Positions 50,227 through 60,757 of a stretch of 64,000 bases of DNA are shown piece by piece. A model generated the notes under the pieces. The model was not told the DNA's origin and made no database searches. It saw only the letters and a program-made list of their open reading frames with translations. Source of the DNA: Candidatus Bathyarchaeota archaeon (GTDB lineage Archaea > Thermoproteota > Bathyarchaeia > Bathyarchaeales > Bathycorpusculaceae); contig CAWGZR010000005.1 in NCBI GenBank assembly GCA_963827165.1, positions 192,001 through 256,000 on the forward strand. Reading direction: 5' to 3'. Position 1 is the first letter of the stretch; each line of letters opens with the position of its first letter. Made by a program: the position numbers and the translations under genes.

Positions 50227-52047
50227 TTGAAACGAATAAATGCAGTATTGATGATTACGGTTTCATTGTTAATGGTTTTCCTGCCTTTTGCTTTGTCGGG
50301 AATGGCTTTTGCCCAAACCTCAGGCTACACTGTCACGCAGGTTAACCATCAGATTCAAGTTTTGTACAGTGGACAAGTTATCATTCAAGACACAGTTTAT
50401 GTTTCGGGGCAAGTAACCGACGGCTTCACCATCGCGCTTCCTGCCCAATTCAGCGCTGACATCCTCAGTGCTGTGGCTTATGATTCAACCCATGTTTATC
50501 AGGTTAACCTTGGGGTGCAATTAGGTGACCGAAGCCTGTTTTACGGTGCTGAAGTCAACTTTAACGGGCAAACACCAAGCGTCTTCACGGTAGCATTTGT
50601 TCTCTCAAGTGGCGTGCTCAAACAAGTTGACTCGGGCACTTATTCGCTTAGTTTTCCTGCTTATCCGGGTTTAACAGAAAACGTTGGCAGCTGCAACGTA
50701 ACCCTAGTTTTTCCAGCCGCTCCAACTTTTATAGCCATTACTAAAAGCGACGGAAACGTCAACACCGAAAACTATGTCACACCAAATCTTGCGGCATACA
50801 CTTATTCCCCCGCAACTGCTGCGTTTCAAGTTAACAACGGTACCATCCAGATGGCTGACATAACCAATTTGGATCGCCAAATAAACATTGATCCAACAGG
50901 CAAAGTAAGCGCTTCAGACACATACAGGATCGTCGACAACTCGACCCTTTCGATGGATTCTTTTCTTTTGGACTTACCTATAAACGCCAAAAACGTAGCG
51001 ATAAAAGATGCAAGTGGTTCGACGCTCACAATTGCAAGCAACCAAAAAGTCAACGGGGCTCTGCAGGAAAATACCACTTTAATCACGCTCGTTGCAAGCG
51101 GCCAATCCGCTACCCTAACAGCCAGCTACAATCTGCCCAGTGCAACCGTCAAAGGATCCCAGTACACGCTCAGCAACTTGCAGCTTTTACCATATATCAA
51201 CTATTACGTTCAGCAAGCAACCTTCACAATTAACCCGCCTCAAGGAGCAAAGATTGTAACGCCTCAGTTATCCTCGATTGATGTATCCAGCACCCTCACA
51301 AGAACCGTCTTCCAAGATACCCTGACCCTAACAGGAAACGGAATAAGCTTCCTAAACTACGTCATGCCGCAGAGCAACACCATCCAATTCTCTTACACAT
51401 ACAATCCAATATGGGTCTCCTTCATGCCTACGTTTTGGCTTTCATTCGTAGCGGTCATCGGATGCATAGGCGCTGTTGTCTACCAGAAACGCAAACCAGG
51501 CGAAAGGCAACCAACGTTCAGAAAGATAAAGACTCCAGCTTCAAAGCCTAGCACCGAACCATTAGAAGAAGAGCAAATAGCAACTGTTGAACCCAAAGGT
51601 GCCCCGGCTGCCTCCGTCCAACGGCTCACTGGGAGCAGCGTCAGAGAATTCACCGACTCTTACGAGGACAAAAAACGCTTGAACGAAGAACTCCGATCTT
51701 TGGATTTAAGGGCACAGAAAGGAAAGATTCCAAGACGCCAATACAAGGTTCAACGAAGCGCAATAGAGACTCGCCTGGAAAATCTTTCGCGGAACACGCA
51801 GAGGACAAAGGAAATGCTCAAGAGTTCAGGCGGTGTCTATGCAGACTTAATCAAGCAACTTGACGCCGCAGAAGAAGACCTCGCGGAAGCTGAAGAAGAC
51901 ATTAAGAACTTGGAAGACCAGCAGAGCAAAGGCGAAATCTCAATAGAAGCTTATAAGAAAGACATTGGGGACTACCAGAAACACCGAGACAAAGCTGAAT
52001 CAACTCTTAACGGAATCTTGCTCAGATTACGTGAAAAATCACGCTAA
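50227..52047 (+). CDS. Ribophorin I (Ost1/RPN1)-like type I membrane protein
   Basis: Signal peptide, two beta-sandwich repeats (ITNLDRQINID.TG, LDLPINAKNVAIKD, YNLPS, PPQGAK), one TM, cytoplasmic helical bundle. Confidence 0.7.
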   Translation: MKRINAVLMITVSLLMVFLPFALSGMAFAQTSGYTVTQVNHQIQVLYSGQVIIQDTVYVSGQVTDGFTIALPAQFSADILSAVAYDSTHVYQVNLGVQLGDRSLFYGAEVNFNGQTPSVFTVAFVLSSGVLKQVDSGTYSLSFPAYPGLTENVGSCNVTLVFPAAPTFIAITKSDGNVNTENYVTPNLAAYTYSPATAAFQVNNGTIQMADITNLDRQINIDPTGKVSASDTYRIVDNSTLSMDSFLLDLPINAKNVAIKDASGSTLTIASNQKVNGALQENTTLITLVASGQSATLTASYNLPSATVKGSQYTLSNLQLLPYINYYVQQATFTINPPQGAKIVTPQLSSIDVSSTLTRTVFQDTLTLTGNGISFLNYVMPQSNTIQFSYTYNPIWVSFMPTFWLSFVAVIGCIGAVVYQKRKPGERQPTFRKIKTPASKPSTEPLEEEQIATVEPKGAPAASVQRLTGSSVREFTDSYEDKKRLNEELRSLDLRAQKGKIPRRQYKVQRSAIETRLENLSRNTQRTKEMLKSSGGVYADLIKQLDAAEEDLAEAEEDIKNLEDQQSKGEISIEAYKKDIGDYQKHRDKAESTLNGILLRLREKSR

Positions 52048-52107
52048 AACACCTAAAACCTTTTATTTTACTCACGAGCTTTTCAAGAAAATTAGAGGTA
52101 GACAAAA

Positions 52108-52287
52108 ATGGTAAAAATAGTTGTTGACCCTAAATGCACTGGCTGCGAAACATGCGTAAACACTTGTCCTGTCGGCGTCTACGAAATCAAAGACGGCAAA
52201 TCTACTCCATCCAAAAGTAGCGAATGCTTAGTCTGCAGAGCATGCGAAGCACAGTGTCCTGAAGGCGCAATTCAAGTAATCGAGTAA
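52108..52287 (+). CDS. 2x[4Fe-4S] ferredoxin (59 aa, absent from ORF track)
   Basis: CTGCETCVNTCP and CLVCRACEAQCP; GAGGT SD. Confidence 0.92.
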   Translation: MVKIVVDPKCTGCETCVNTCPVGVYEIKDGKSTPSKSSECLVCRACEAQCPEGAIQVIE

Positions 52288-52767
52288 AACCAGCTTAAGT
52301 TTAATTACGCGTGCATCTCTCAATTAACAGAGAATGAGAGATAAACCCCTTCTTTTAGTTAATTTTTGTTTTTCGTTTTCCGGCAAAAGTCGTAAATGAT
52401 TATGTCTGCTCTCGGGTCTTATTTGCAATTCTAATCTTCAATGTTCCAGAGAAATCGGATAATTTTTGAAATCTGCTCCACTGTCGCCTGGTCAGTTTTT
52501 TGTTCTTCTTCAATGTTTTTGAGGGGAATAGAGGTTACCATGAACAAAGGATATTGGCTGCTTTTGTAATAACGGTTATGTTGGCGTGTACTTCGAACTT
52601 CGAAGTGGCGCAAAAAGGGTGTGAAGCGTTTTGACATTTTTATGCCTATTTGCTCAGTCAAAGTCAGCTGTTGCGAACTACAATTGCCAAGTTTTGATGG
52701 CACAAGAGTAAAATGGCAGTTTTTGGCGGGTAACAGTTATATGGCAAAAGCGTCGAGTAGTGTCATT

Positions 52768-53043
52768 ATGGCAGACAAAATCCACTGTGCTCACATACTT
52801 GTCAAGACAGAAACAGAAGCAAAAAACATCAAAGGCAAACTCGACAAAGGAGAAAAATTCGGCGCACTAGCCAAAAACTTCAGTCAATGCTCATCTTCAA
52901 AGAACGGCGGAGACCTTGGTACCTTCACAAGGGGCAAGATGGTTAAAGAATTCGAAAAGTCGGCGTTTGCGCTCCAAAAAGGTCAGACTTCCGAACCTGT
53001 CAAGACACAGTTTGGGTATCACATAATAAAACGTCTAGAATAA
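52768..53043 (+). CDS. ppiC: Parvulin-type peptidyl-prolyl isomerase
   Basis: CAHILV, GGDLG, MVKEFE, TQFGYHII; ATG at 52768. Confidence 0.93.
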   Translation: MADKIHCAHILVKTETEAKNIKGKLDKGEKFGALAKNFSQCSSSKNGGDLGTFTRGKMVKEFEKSAFALQKGQTSEPVKTQFGYHIIKRLE

Positions 53044-53282
53044 GCAATTGCCCATCTAGAAGACAACTTGCCTAGCACATAACTCGTGATTTTGACTTTT
53101 TCTAAAAGGCAGTTTGATTCAATAAATTAAGGGTGAAAAGTTGGTCAAATATTTTTTTCGATGACTTTGACCAATAATAAATGAATAATTCATTTGCCCA
53201 CCCCAAACAATTGGATCTTGATTTTTGAAGCCTGAGTAGTCAATTTTTTCCATAGGTTCACGAAACCTAACGAGAGATATGC

Positions 53283-54989
53283 ATGCTGGTCACTGCTGGA
53301 GTCCTCGCGGGCTGGATTTATGGCGTGATAAGCATCTTCTTGCTCCCTTCCGCGGGGCAGCCGGGCTCAGGCTACATGGAAGTCGCAATCGGCATATTGG
53401 CGTTTGCATTGCTGGGAAGATACATCGAAGAGCTAATTCGACGTCGAAGCGCCGCTTCGATAAGAAAGCTGCTCGAACTTCAGCCAACTATGGCGAGGGT
53501 CATCAAAGATGGCAAGGAAACCGACATTTCAATTCACAATTGTTGTTAAACCGGGTGAAAAAATTCTGATCGATGGCACGATGACCGCGGGGTATTCGTC
53601 AGTCCATGAAGAGTTGCTCACTGGTGAAAGCATCCCCGCTGAGAAAACTGTCGGAAACGAAGTGGTAGGCGGCACAATCAACAAAACAGGACTCCTCACA
53701 ATTACGGCGACGCGTGCCGGCGAAACCGCCCTGTCACAAATTGTACATCTTGTTGAAGAAGCGCAGGCTTCAAGCGCTCCAGTACAAAGGTTTGCTGACC
53801 GCATCGTCAAATGGTTTGTTCCCATTATCTTGACCGCCGCAACCATTTCGTTCTCCTACTGGTTTATCACAAGCGGCAATTTTACAACAGCATTCTTGGT
53901 GTTGTTGGCTGTAATATTGATTTCATGTCCGTGCGCTCTGGAAATAGCAACTCCTACAACAATTCTTGCAATGTGTCGGAAAAGGCGCTGAATACGGCAT
54001 TCTCCTTCGAAATGGCGAATACGTCGAGAAAGCAAGAAAGCTAACGACAGTCGTCTTCGACAAAACGGGTACCTTAACAAAAGGTGAGCCAAGTGTAACC
54101 GACATCAAAACCTACAACGGTTTTAACGAACTGTCGGTGCTAGAGTATGCGGGCTCAGCGTAGAAGGGTTCCTAGCATCATTTGACGGAGGCAATACTTG
54201 TAAAACCTGAATCCGACAAAGCGCGCATCAACCAGGCAGATAATTTTGAAGCCTTACCTGGCAGAGGAGTTCAGTGTAGTGTCGGAACCAAAAAGGTCCT
54301 TCTTGGCAATCGCACCTTAATGCAGGAAAAAGGCGTGTCCCTCGGCGAGGCAGAAGCTGATTTGGAATTGTTGGAAACGCAGGGAAAAACCGTCGCTATA
54401 TTGGCTGTAGACGGCAAGAGTGTCGGATTAATCGCAGCTATGGATACCCCGAAGGAAAGTGCTGCCGAAGCAGTGAAGCAAATGAAAGATTGGAAATTGC
54501 AATTCTAACGGGGCGACAACGAGCGAACCGCACGGGCAATCGCAGACCAGCTCGGAATAACGCAAGTGTTCGCTAATGTTCTGCCTTGGCAAAAAGCCAA
54601 TGTCATCAAAGAGTTGCAGGCCAAAGGCAAAGTGGTGGCCATGGTAGGCGACGGAATAAACGATGACCCGGCATTGGCAACCGCCGACATCGGCATCGCA
54701 ATCGCCAGCGGAACCGGCATTGCAAAAGAAACCGGGGGCATAGTGCTCATACGGGACGACCTGCGCGGCGTGGCCCTAGGAATCGAACTCCAAGAAAACA
54801 ATGCGTAAAATCGATACAAACCTCTTCTGGGCTTTCGCCAACAACTCTATCATGATACCAGTTGCCGCTGCCGGGCTGCTCAACCCAATGTACGCGGCGA
54901 GGGCAATGGCGATAAGCAGCTTAACGGTGGTCAGCAACTCGGCTCTGCTCAAGTTGGCTAAATTTAAATCGAAGAAAGTTAATGACTAA
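53283..54989 (+). pseudogene. copA: Cu(I)-translocating P1B ATPase, fragmented
   Basis: At least six pieces carrying TGES, CPCAL, DKTGT, GDGIND, MAISS; several frameshifts and stops; N-terminus missing. Confidence 0.9.
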
Positions 54990-55017
54990 CCTAGACATTT
55001 TGGAGGTGAAAACTGAT

Positions 55018-55176
55018 ATGGCTAAAGATCCAGTTTGCGGCATGATGGTTGACGAGAAAACTGCTAAACTAAAATGCGACTACAAAGGTAAAACGTTCTA
55101 CTTCTGCGCGGATTCATGCAAAAAGACCTTCGAGAAGAATCCATCAAAATTCGCCGGCGCTTCCAAGAAAGCATAG
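55018..55176 (+). CDS. YHS/TRASH-domain metal chaperone
   Basis: DPVCGM, FYFCADSC; GGAGGTGA SD. Confidence 0.9.
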   Translation: MAKDPVCGMMVDEKTAKLKCDYKGKTFYFCADSCKKTFEKNPSKFAGASKKA

Positions 55177-55459
55177 GTCAATCAAGAGTACGCTTTTAGA
55201 TTGCTTTTCTTTTTGTTCGCGCTCTTTTTTTATGGCTTTTTCAATTTCTTCCCGTTTCATGTATCGGCTGATACGTGGAAAAGGTTCGTTGGTTTCCAGG
55301 TCGATTGGCAATTCCAGTTATGCATTTATAACCGTAATGAGCCTTTGAGAGAGCATTGCATAGTTCCTCCTTTTTCGTGGAAGCCCCTGCTATTTTTCGA
55401 TTTTCATTCCTTGTAGATCCGCAGCGGGTTTTTGGCTCACTTAGGTATCTGCGCCACCC

Positions 55460-56104
55460 TCAGAAGGCGCCCAAAAGTACGTGTTCAGCGAACAAATCTT
55501 CATTGAACGCCCCGACAAACTCAATTTTCTCATTGATAACGATTTTCGGCACGCCAATCACATTGTACTTCATGGCTAAATCGGGAAACTCGCCGCTGTC
55601 GATAACGTCTGCCTTCACCAATTCGCATTCAACCGCCAATTTGTGAGCAACTGCAGCTGCCGCAGGGCAGTGAGGGCACGTTAAGCTTACAAAGACTTGG
55701 ATGTGAACTGGCGATTTGACTTCTTTAAGAATCGATTTAGTATTCTCTGAGAGGTCGGTTGTACCTTTTGAAACTGTGATTATCGCTTCAATCAACGTTT
55801 GCAACTCGTACCCGTAAGGGATGCCGTAGAGTCTCACGCCGTAGTCTTTCTTGCCGATTATAGCCAATGCAGGTATCTTGTCAATTCCAAGTTCTTTGGC
55901 TCGGGATGCATCCGCCACAAAATCAAGAACCTCCAAGGTTATCTTGCTGTTGAGAGGCGGCAATTCCTGCACTAATGCTCTTGTTTGGCTGCAATATTGA
56001 CATTCAATCTCTTGAGTGAACATGATAATTTTGACTGGATCAACCAGCTTCTCATTAAAATCGACCTTAAGCAACTCTTTCTTGTCATCGGGGATCAAAC
56101 TCAA
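55460..56104 (-). CDS. Protein disulfide oxidoreductase (two thioredoxin folds)
   Basis: CQYC and CPHC, GIPYGYE, GVPK. Confidence 0.92.
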   Translation of the reverse strand: MSLIPDDKKELLKVDFNEKLVDPVKIIMFTQEIECQYCSQTRALVQELPPLNSKITLEVLDFVADASRAKELGIDKIPALAIIGKKDYGVRLYGIPYGYELQTLIEAIITVSKGTTDLSENTKSILKEVKSPVHIQVFVSLTCPHCPAAAAVAHKLAVECELVKADVIDSGEFPDLAMKYNVIGVPKIVINEKIEFVGAFNEDLFAEHVLLGAF

Positions 56105-56288
56105 AACCTAAACCTCCAAAATCTCTTGGCAATTCCACTAATAGACTAATTGCTCAGGCATATATTGATTTTCGAATTTTTAAATGGGCGAGGAAGCTTT
56201 CTCGAAAAAGAATTGTAAACACAATCCATATAAACGAAGGCAACTATCAAACTTTGATTTTTGCCTGTCTCTTTCGGAGATGTAAAAC

Positions 56289-56708
56289 TTGACTACAAAA
56301 ATGCATGCAAACGCTAAATTGATTGAGGGTTTCCAAATAATCCTAGATGACGGCGAGGCCCACAGCACAATCGTCGATCTTGCGCCTGACCTTGGAACCG
56401 GGTTAGGACCTAGCTCTCTTGAACTATGTGTGATGAGTCATGCGGGCTGCTATATCACGATCCTCGCTTTGGTCGCTAAAAAAATGCATTTAATACTCAA
56501 AGGCGCGAGGGTTGGGGTTGAAGCTGTGAAGTCGGAGGAAACTGGAACCATCAGTGAAGAAACCTTTGAGATCAGCATTAAGAGTGATGCGAATATGGAC
56601 AGGATTGAGCGCCTACATAAGTTAACACTCGAAACATGCCCCGTCGGGATACTTTTCGAGAAGGCAGGAGTAAAAATAAGCTACAAGCTAAACGTAACCA
56701 AGGAGTAA
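56289..56708 (+). CDS. OsmC-family protein
   Basis: GPSSLEL...AGC and CPV cysteine pair. Confidence 0.85.
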   Translation: MTTKMHANAKLIEGFQIILDDGEAHSTIVDLAPDLGTGLGPSSLELCVMSHAGCYITILALVAKKMHLILKGARVGVEAVKSEETGTISEETFEISIKSDANMDRIERLHKLTLETCPVGILFEKAGVKISYKLNVTKE

Positions 56709-56713
56709 AAATT

Positions 56714-57901
56714 ATGCCAAACGTCGTTTTGAAGGAAAATATAAACTGGGTCGGCGTGGTCGACTGGAACATACGTGATTTCCACGGATACACCACGAGT
56801 CGCGGCACCAGCTATAACGCATATCTTATCAGAGACGAAAAAACCGCGCTCATCGACACGGTGAAATGCAATTTCGTGGAAGAACTTGCACGGAACGTGG
56901 AAGAATTGACAGGTTTTGAAAAAATCGATTACATAATAGTTAATCACGTGGAGATGGATCATTCAGGTGGCCTTCCTGAAATCGCCAAGCTAGCGAAGAA
57001 CGCCAAAATAGTCGCGTGTCAGAGAGGAAAAGACGCGCTTGTCGAACATTACGGCGCCGAATTCAACAGCGTTGAAGTTGTCAAGACTGGCGATGAACTT
57101 AAGCTTGGAAAACACACGTTGCGGTTTTTAGAGACGCCGATGATACATTGGCCTGACAGCATGTTCACTTACGTTGTTGAAGACAAAATCTTGATGTCAA
57201 ACGACGCTTTCGGGGAACATTATGCGACCTCGGAACGCTTCGACGACGAGGTTGACCAGCAGGAACTCATGGAGGAAGCCCGAACCTACTTTGCGAACAT
57301 TTTGATGCCTATTGCGCCGCTGATCACACGCAAAATTCAGGAAGTTGTCCAGATGGGCATCCCAATCGAAATCATAGCACCTGACCACGGCGTTATCTGG
57401 CGGAAAGATCCCTCCAAAATCATCAACGCGTACCTCCAATGGAGCGCATTCACTTCAGTGCAGAAGGTCGTGGTCGTTTTTGATACGATGTGGGGAAGCA
57501 CAGATAAGATGGCGAGAGCCATAGAAGAGGGTTTGGCAAACGAAGGAGTCGAAGTCAAGCTTCTCAAACTCCGAGCGACGGACAACACAGACATCGTGAC
57601 CGAAATCTTGGAAGCTAAAGCCGTAGTCGTCGGTTCCCCAACCCTAAATAGCCAGATGTTTCCTACGCTGGGCTCCTTTCTTACCTATATAACTGGGTTG
57701 AAGCCTAGGGGCAAGCTCTGGGCGTTTTTCGGCTCTTTCGGATGGGGAGGTGGTGCTGTGAGGGGGATGGTGGAAACGGCCAAGAAAGCAGGCTTCGATG
57801 TCTACGAGCCAACAATCGAAGTCAAATACGTTCCAGACGAAGAAGACCTCAAAAAATGCTTTGACTTTGGACAACAAATTGCCAAAAAAATCAAAGCCTA
57901 A
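56714..57901 (+). CDS. fprA: Flavodiiron protein (FprA, O2/NO reductase)
   Basis: GTSYNAY, HVEMDH, HWPDSM, DAFG, PDHG, flavodoxin domain. Confidence 0.95.
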   Translation: MPNVVLKENINWVGVVDWNIRDFHGYTTSRGTSYNAYLIRDEKTALIDTVKCNFVEELARNVEELTGFEKIDYIIVNHVEMDHSGGLPEIAKLAKNAKIVACQRGKDALVEHYGAEFNSVEVVKTGDELKLGKHTLRFLETPMIHWPDSMFTYVVEDKILMSNDAFGEHYATSERFDDEVDQQELMEEARTYFANILMPIAPLITRKIQEVVQMGIPIEIIAPDHGVIWRKDPSKIINAYLQWSAFTSVQKVVVVFDTMWGSTDKMARAIEEGLANEGVEVKLLKLRATDNTDIVTEILEAKAVVVGSPTLNSQMFPTLGSFLTYITGLKPRGKLWAFFGSFGWGGGAVRGMVETAKKAGFDVYEPTIEVKYVPDEEDLKKCFDFGQQIAKKIKA

Positions 57902-58025
57902 CCCCCACCCCGCTTCATTTCTTTTCTGACTAAATCCTTACCAACGGAGCGGTTAGCCAAAGTGTTAATTTCTAAAAAAGACAGAAATGGAAAAAAGTGA
58001 AAAACAAAAAGGGTTGTTACGACGC

Positions 58026-58529
58026 CTACTTTACGAGCATGAATTTCTCTTTCGGCGTACTGCAGATCGGGCATTTATCAGGCGCGGATCCTTCAAACGT
58101 GTTTCCGCAAACTGGACACACCCAATAATCTGCTTTCGGCGGCTGCGTCTTGTTTTTCAGGGCGTCAAGCGCTTTCTGATACATAGCTGCGTGGATTTGT
58201 TCAACTTGATTCGCGAATTCAAAGCTTACTTCAGCTTTTTTGTTCCCTTCCTTCTTGGCTTCAGCGATGAATTCAGGATACATTTTTTTGAACTCGTAGG
58301 TTTCGCCGCTGACTGCTGTGCCGAGGTTGTCGCTGGTTGATTTCACATGTCCCATCACCTTCAGATGGTTGAGCGCGTGTACCGTTTCCGCTTCAGCTGC
58401 TGCCCTGAAAAGTTTAGCAATTTGGGGAAAGCCTTCCTCATCCGCTTTTTTTGCGAAGGCCAGGTACATTCGATTTGCTTGGGATTCGCCTGCGAATGCG
58501 TCCTTGAGGTTCTGTTCGGTTTTAGTCAT
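58026..58529 (-). CDS. rbr: Rubrerythrin
   Basis: AFAGESQA, ETVH, EQIH, CPVC...CPIC. Confidence 0.95.
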   Translation of the reverse strand: MTKTEQNLKDAFAGESQANRMYLAFAKKADEEGFPQIAKLFRAAAEAETVHALNHLKVMGHVKSTSDNLGTAVSGETYEFKKMYPEFIAEAKKEGNKKAEVSFEFANQVEQIHAAMYQKALDALKNKTQPPKADYWVCPVCGNTFEGSAPDKCPICSTPKEKFMLVK

Positions 58530-58809
58530 AAAAATCACTGCAAATACTAAAATAAAATGAAAGTTATAAGCTAATCTGATCGTACCAATTTCGTTTAAGT
58601 CGTAATGGTCCTCACAAAATGTATCTTCAAAGTATCGTATTTCCCAAGATATTTGGCACTACCTATCGTTACTTCTACTCCGTGAACTCAAGAAGTTGCA
58701 ACGAAACCGCAAAAAGATGGAACTTCGGGATAAATCTGGCAACAGCTGGTTAAGGTAAAGTATATTAGTGGTTCTATCCTTTGGTTTGGTTTGATTTTTG
58801 GTGAGTTTT

Positions 58810-59424
58810 ATGGAGAAGATAAAATCGTTTAGTCTACCTAAATTGCCATATGATTACAACGCGCTTGAACCGTACATATCCGAAGCCCAGCTTAAACTGC
58901 ATCATGACAAACACCATCAAGCTTATGTTAACGGCGCAAACGCGGACTTTGAAAAACTTGACAAAGCACGCAAAGAAAACGCTGAAGTCGACATGAAAGC
59001 GTTACTCAAAGATTTATCCTTCAACGTCGGCGGCCATCTTCTGCACTCGATCTTTTGGGAAAACATGGCGCCATCCGGAAAAGGCGGAGGAGGACAACCT
59101 AGCGGAAAATTAGCTGACATGATTAGCAAGGAGTTCGGAAGCTTCGATCAGTTCAAGAAGGAATTCACGAAGGCCGCAGCAACCACCGAAGGTTCAGGAT
59201 GGGCCGCCTTAGCGGTTCATCCATGCATTGAGAGGCCGCTGATAATGCAGATTGAAAAACACAACGTCAATCTTTACCCTGCTTTCCAAATCCTGATGGT
59301 TCTGGACGTTTGGGAGCACGCGTACTACGTTGATTACAAGAACGAACGACCCAAATTCATCGAAGCCTTCTGGAACATCGTTAACTGGGACAGAGTCAGC
59401 AAGACCCTCAGCCTTCAAAAATAA
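58810..59424 (+). CDS. sod: Fe/Mn superoxide dismutase
   Basis: [28 protein letters not shown]. Confidence 0.96.
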   Translation: MEKIKSFSLPKLPYDYNALEPYISEAQLKLHHDKHHQAYVNGANADFEKLDKARKENAEVDMKALLKDLSFNVGGHLLHSIFWENMAPSGKGGGGQPSGKLADMISKEFGSFDQFKKEFTKAAATTEGSGWAALAVHPCIERPLIMQIEKHNVNLYPAFQILMVLDVWEHAYYVDYKNERPKFIEAFWNIVNWDRVSKTLSLQK

Positions 59425-59505
59425 GACAGCAAAAACTGCCATTCTTTTTTCTTTCAGTTTTTTGGCACAATTCTCAATTCGCCTTTTTAATCTGATAAAG
59501 AAGGG

Positions 59506-60165
59506 TTAGTTTCCGCTTTCGATTTTCTTAAGCAAGTCGCTTTGTCTTTTGGAGTAAACCATTGATAACCCTTTTTGAAGGAAAATCGAGATCGCCGCTA
59601 TGCTTTTGGAAGGGTCATTCCGCATCTTAATTGAATACAGGTGCACAAGTTTGATTCCCACTCGTTCTTTGGAAATCTGCCCCGTTGTCAGCCGTAGGGC
59701 AATCGTTACCGCGTCGTTTATTGAACCGCCTGCAGCAACGATCCTGATTTTTTCAAATTTTGCTAGCCGAAGCAGGCTTATTGTAACTAGTCGCTCAAAT
59801 GTCGCTGACCTGCTTACGCTTACCGTTTGCTCGTCAAGATCTTCAAACCCTTTTTCTTCTTGTTCAGCTACTTTGGCGTAATCCCACATTTGCTTTTGTC
59901 CAAGATGCACAGAAATGGCAGCTGCTTTCCCGAGTGTAGGCGCTGTAAGATTTCCGATGAATATGTCTTCAAGGTGGACGTTGGCGATTTCTGACGCCAT
60001 GATTACGGCTGAACACGCAAGAAAAATACCGTCGTTTATTCCCACAACGTCGACTTCGCCTGCTTCCAATATTCCAGAAATTATGCTTTCAACAACATCA
60101 GTGGTTTTTGCTGAAGCATCCACGGGAAGAACTGTTATGACTTTGCCTTTTGGTTCGCTGATCAT
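59506..60165 (-). CDS. Tandem Alba-like domain protein
   Basis: Two roughly 90-aa repeats: EVDVVGINDGIFLACSAV...AAISVHL and KIRIVAAGGSINDAVTIA...AAISIFL. Confidence 0.65.
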   Translation of the reverse strand: MISEPKGKVITVLPVDASAKTTDVVESIISGILEAGEVDVVGINDGIFLACSAVIMASEIANVHLEDIFIGNLTAPTLGKAAAISVHLGQKQMWDYAKVAEQEEKGFEDLDEQTVSVSRSATFERLVTISLLRLAKFEKIRIVAAGGSINDAVTIALRLTTGQISKERVGIKLVHLYSIKMRNDPSKSIAAISIFLQKGLSMVYSKRQSDLLKKIESGN

Positions 60166-60237
60166 TCAGGTGCACCAGCATTATTTGGCGCATCTGCTAA
60201 TATAATGCTTGCCAATTTAAGAAAAAAGGCGAGCCGC

Positions 60238-60552
60238 TTAGTGCGGAGTGATTTTTATGGCTTGAGCCGGGCACTGCATTTCGCAAGCAAGGCACTGGAT
60301 GCAGTCCTGTTCGCGTGCTGGGTCAGATTTCTTTTCGCTTAGCGGGTGACCAGGCGATTCAGCCCAATCATACAGCGAAACGGGACAGACATCGATGCAC
60401 ACGCCATCTCCAACGCAGCTATCCCAATCTACCGCGCTTGTTGTTCCATGAATTCCCAGTTTCTGCGGGGCCACTACAGGTCCCCAAACTTTGTGTCCAT
60501 TATGTTCGCCAACAACTTGGCGTTTTGTTTGAAAATCAGGGTCTATTGGCAA
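60238..60552 (-). CDS. zfx: Zinc-containing ferredoxin (Sulfolobus/Thermoplasma type)
   Basis: GEHNGHKV...GIHG Zn ligands, CVGDGVC...CP, CIQCLACEMQCP. Confidence 0.88.
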   Translation of the reverse strand: MPIDPDFQTKRQVVGEHNGHKVWGPVVAPQKLGIHGTTSAVDWDSCVGDGVCIDVCPVSLYDWAESPGHPLSEKKSDPAREQDCIQCLACEMQCPAQAIKITPH

Positions 60553-60757
60553 AAAATTTCACCACTAAAAATCAGCCAAACGCGCCATATTAGGTTTTCT
60601 ACTTTTCAACGCCATCACTTTTACTCACCTCTCTACTAGCCCGCAATGTCGTTTGAAGTAGTACTTTAAAAGGCAAAAATAGTCCTTCTCCCGTCCTTCA
60701 CCATAAGGAGAACCAAGAGAATGTACAAGCAACCAATTTTCATAGGGGACGTGGACT

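Noticed and set aside
52431-52703. 90-aa minus-strand ORF
   Set aside because: No motif; overlaps the ppiC upstream region; cannot be supported
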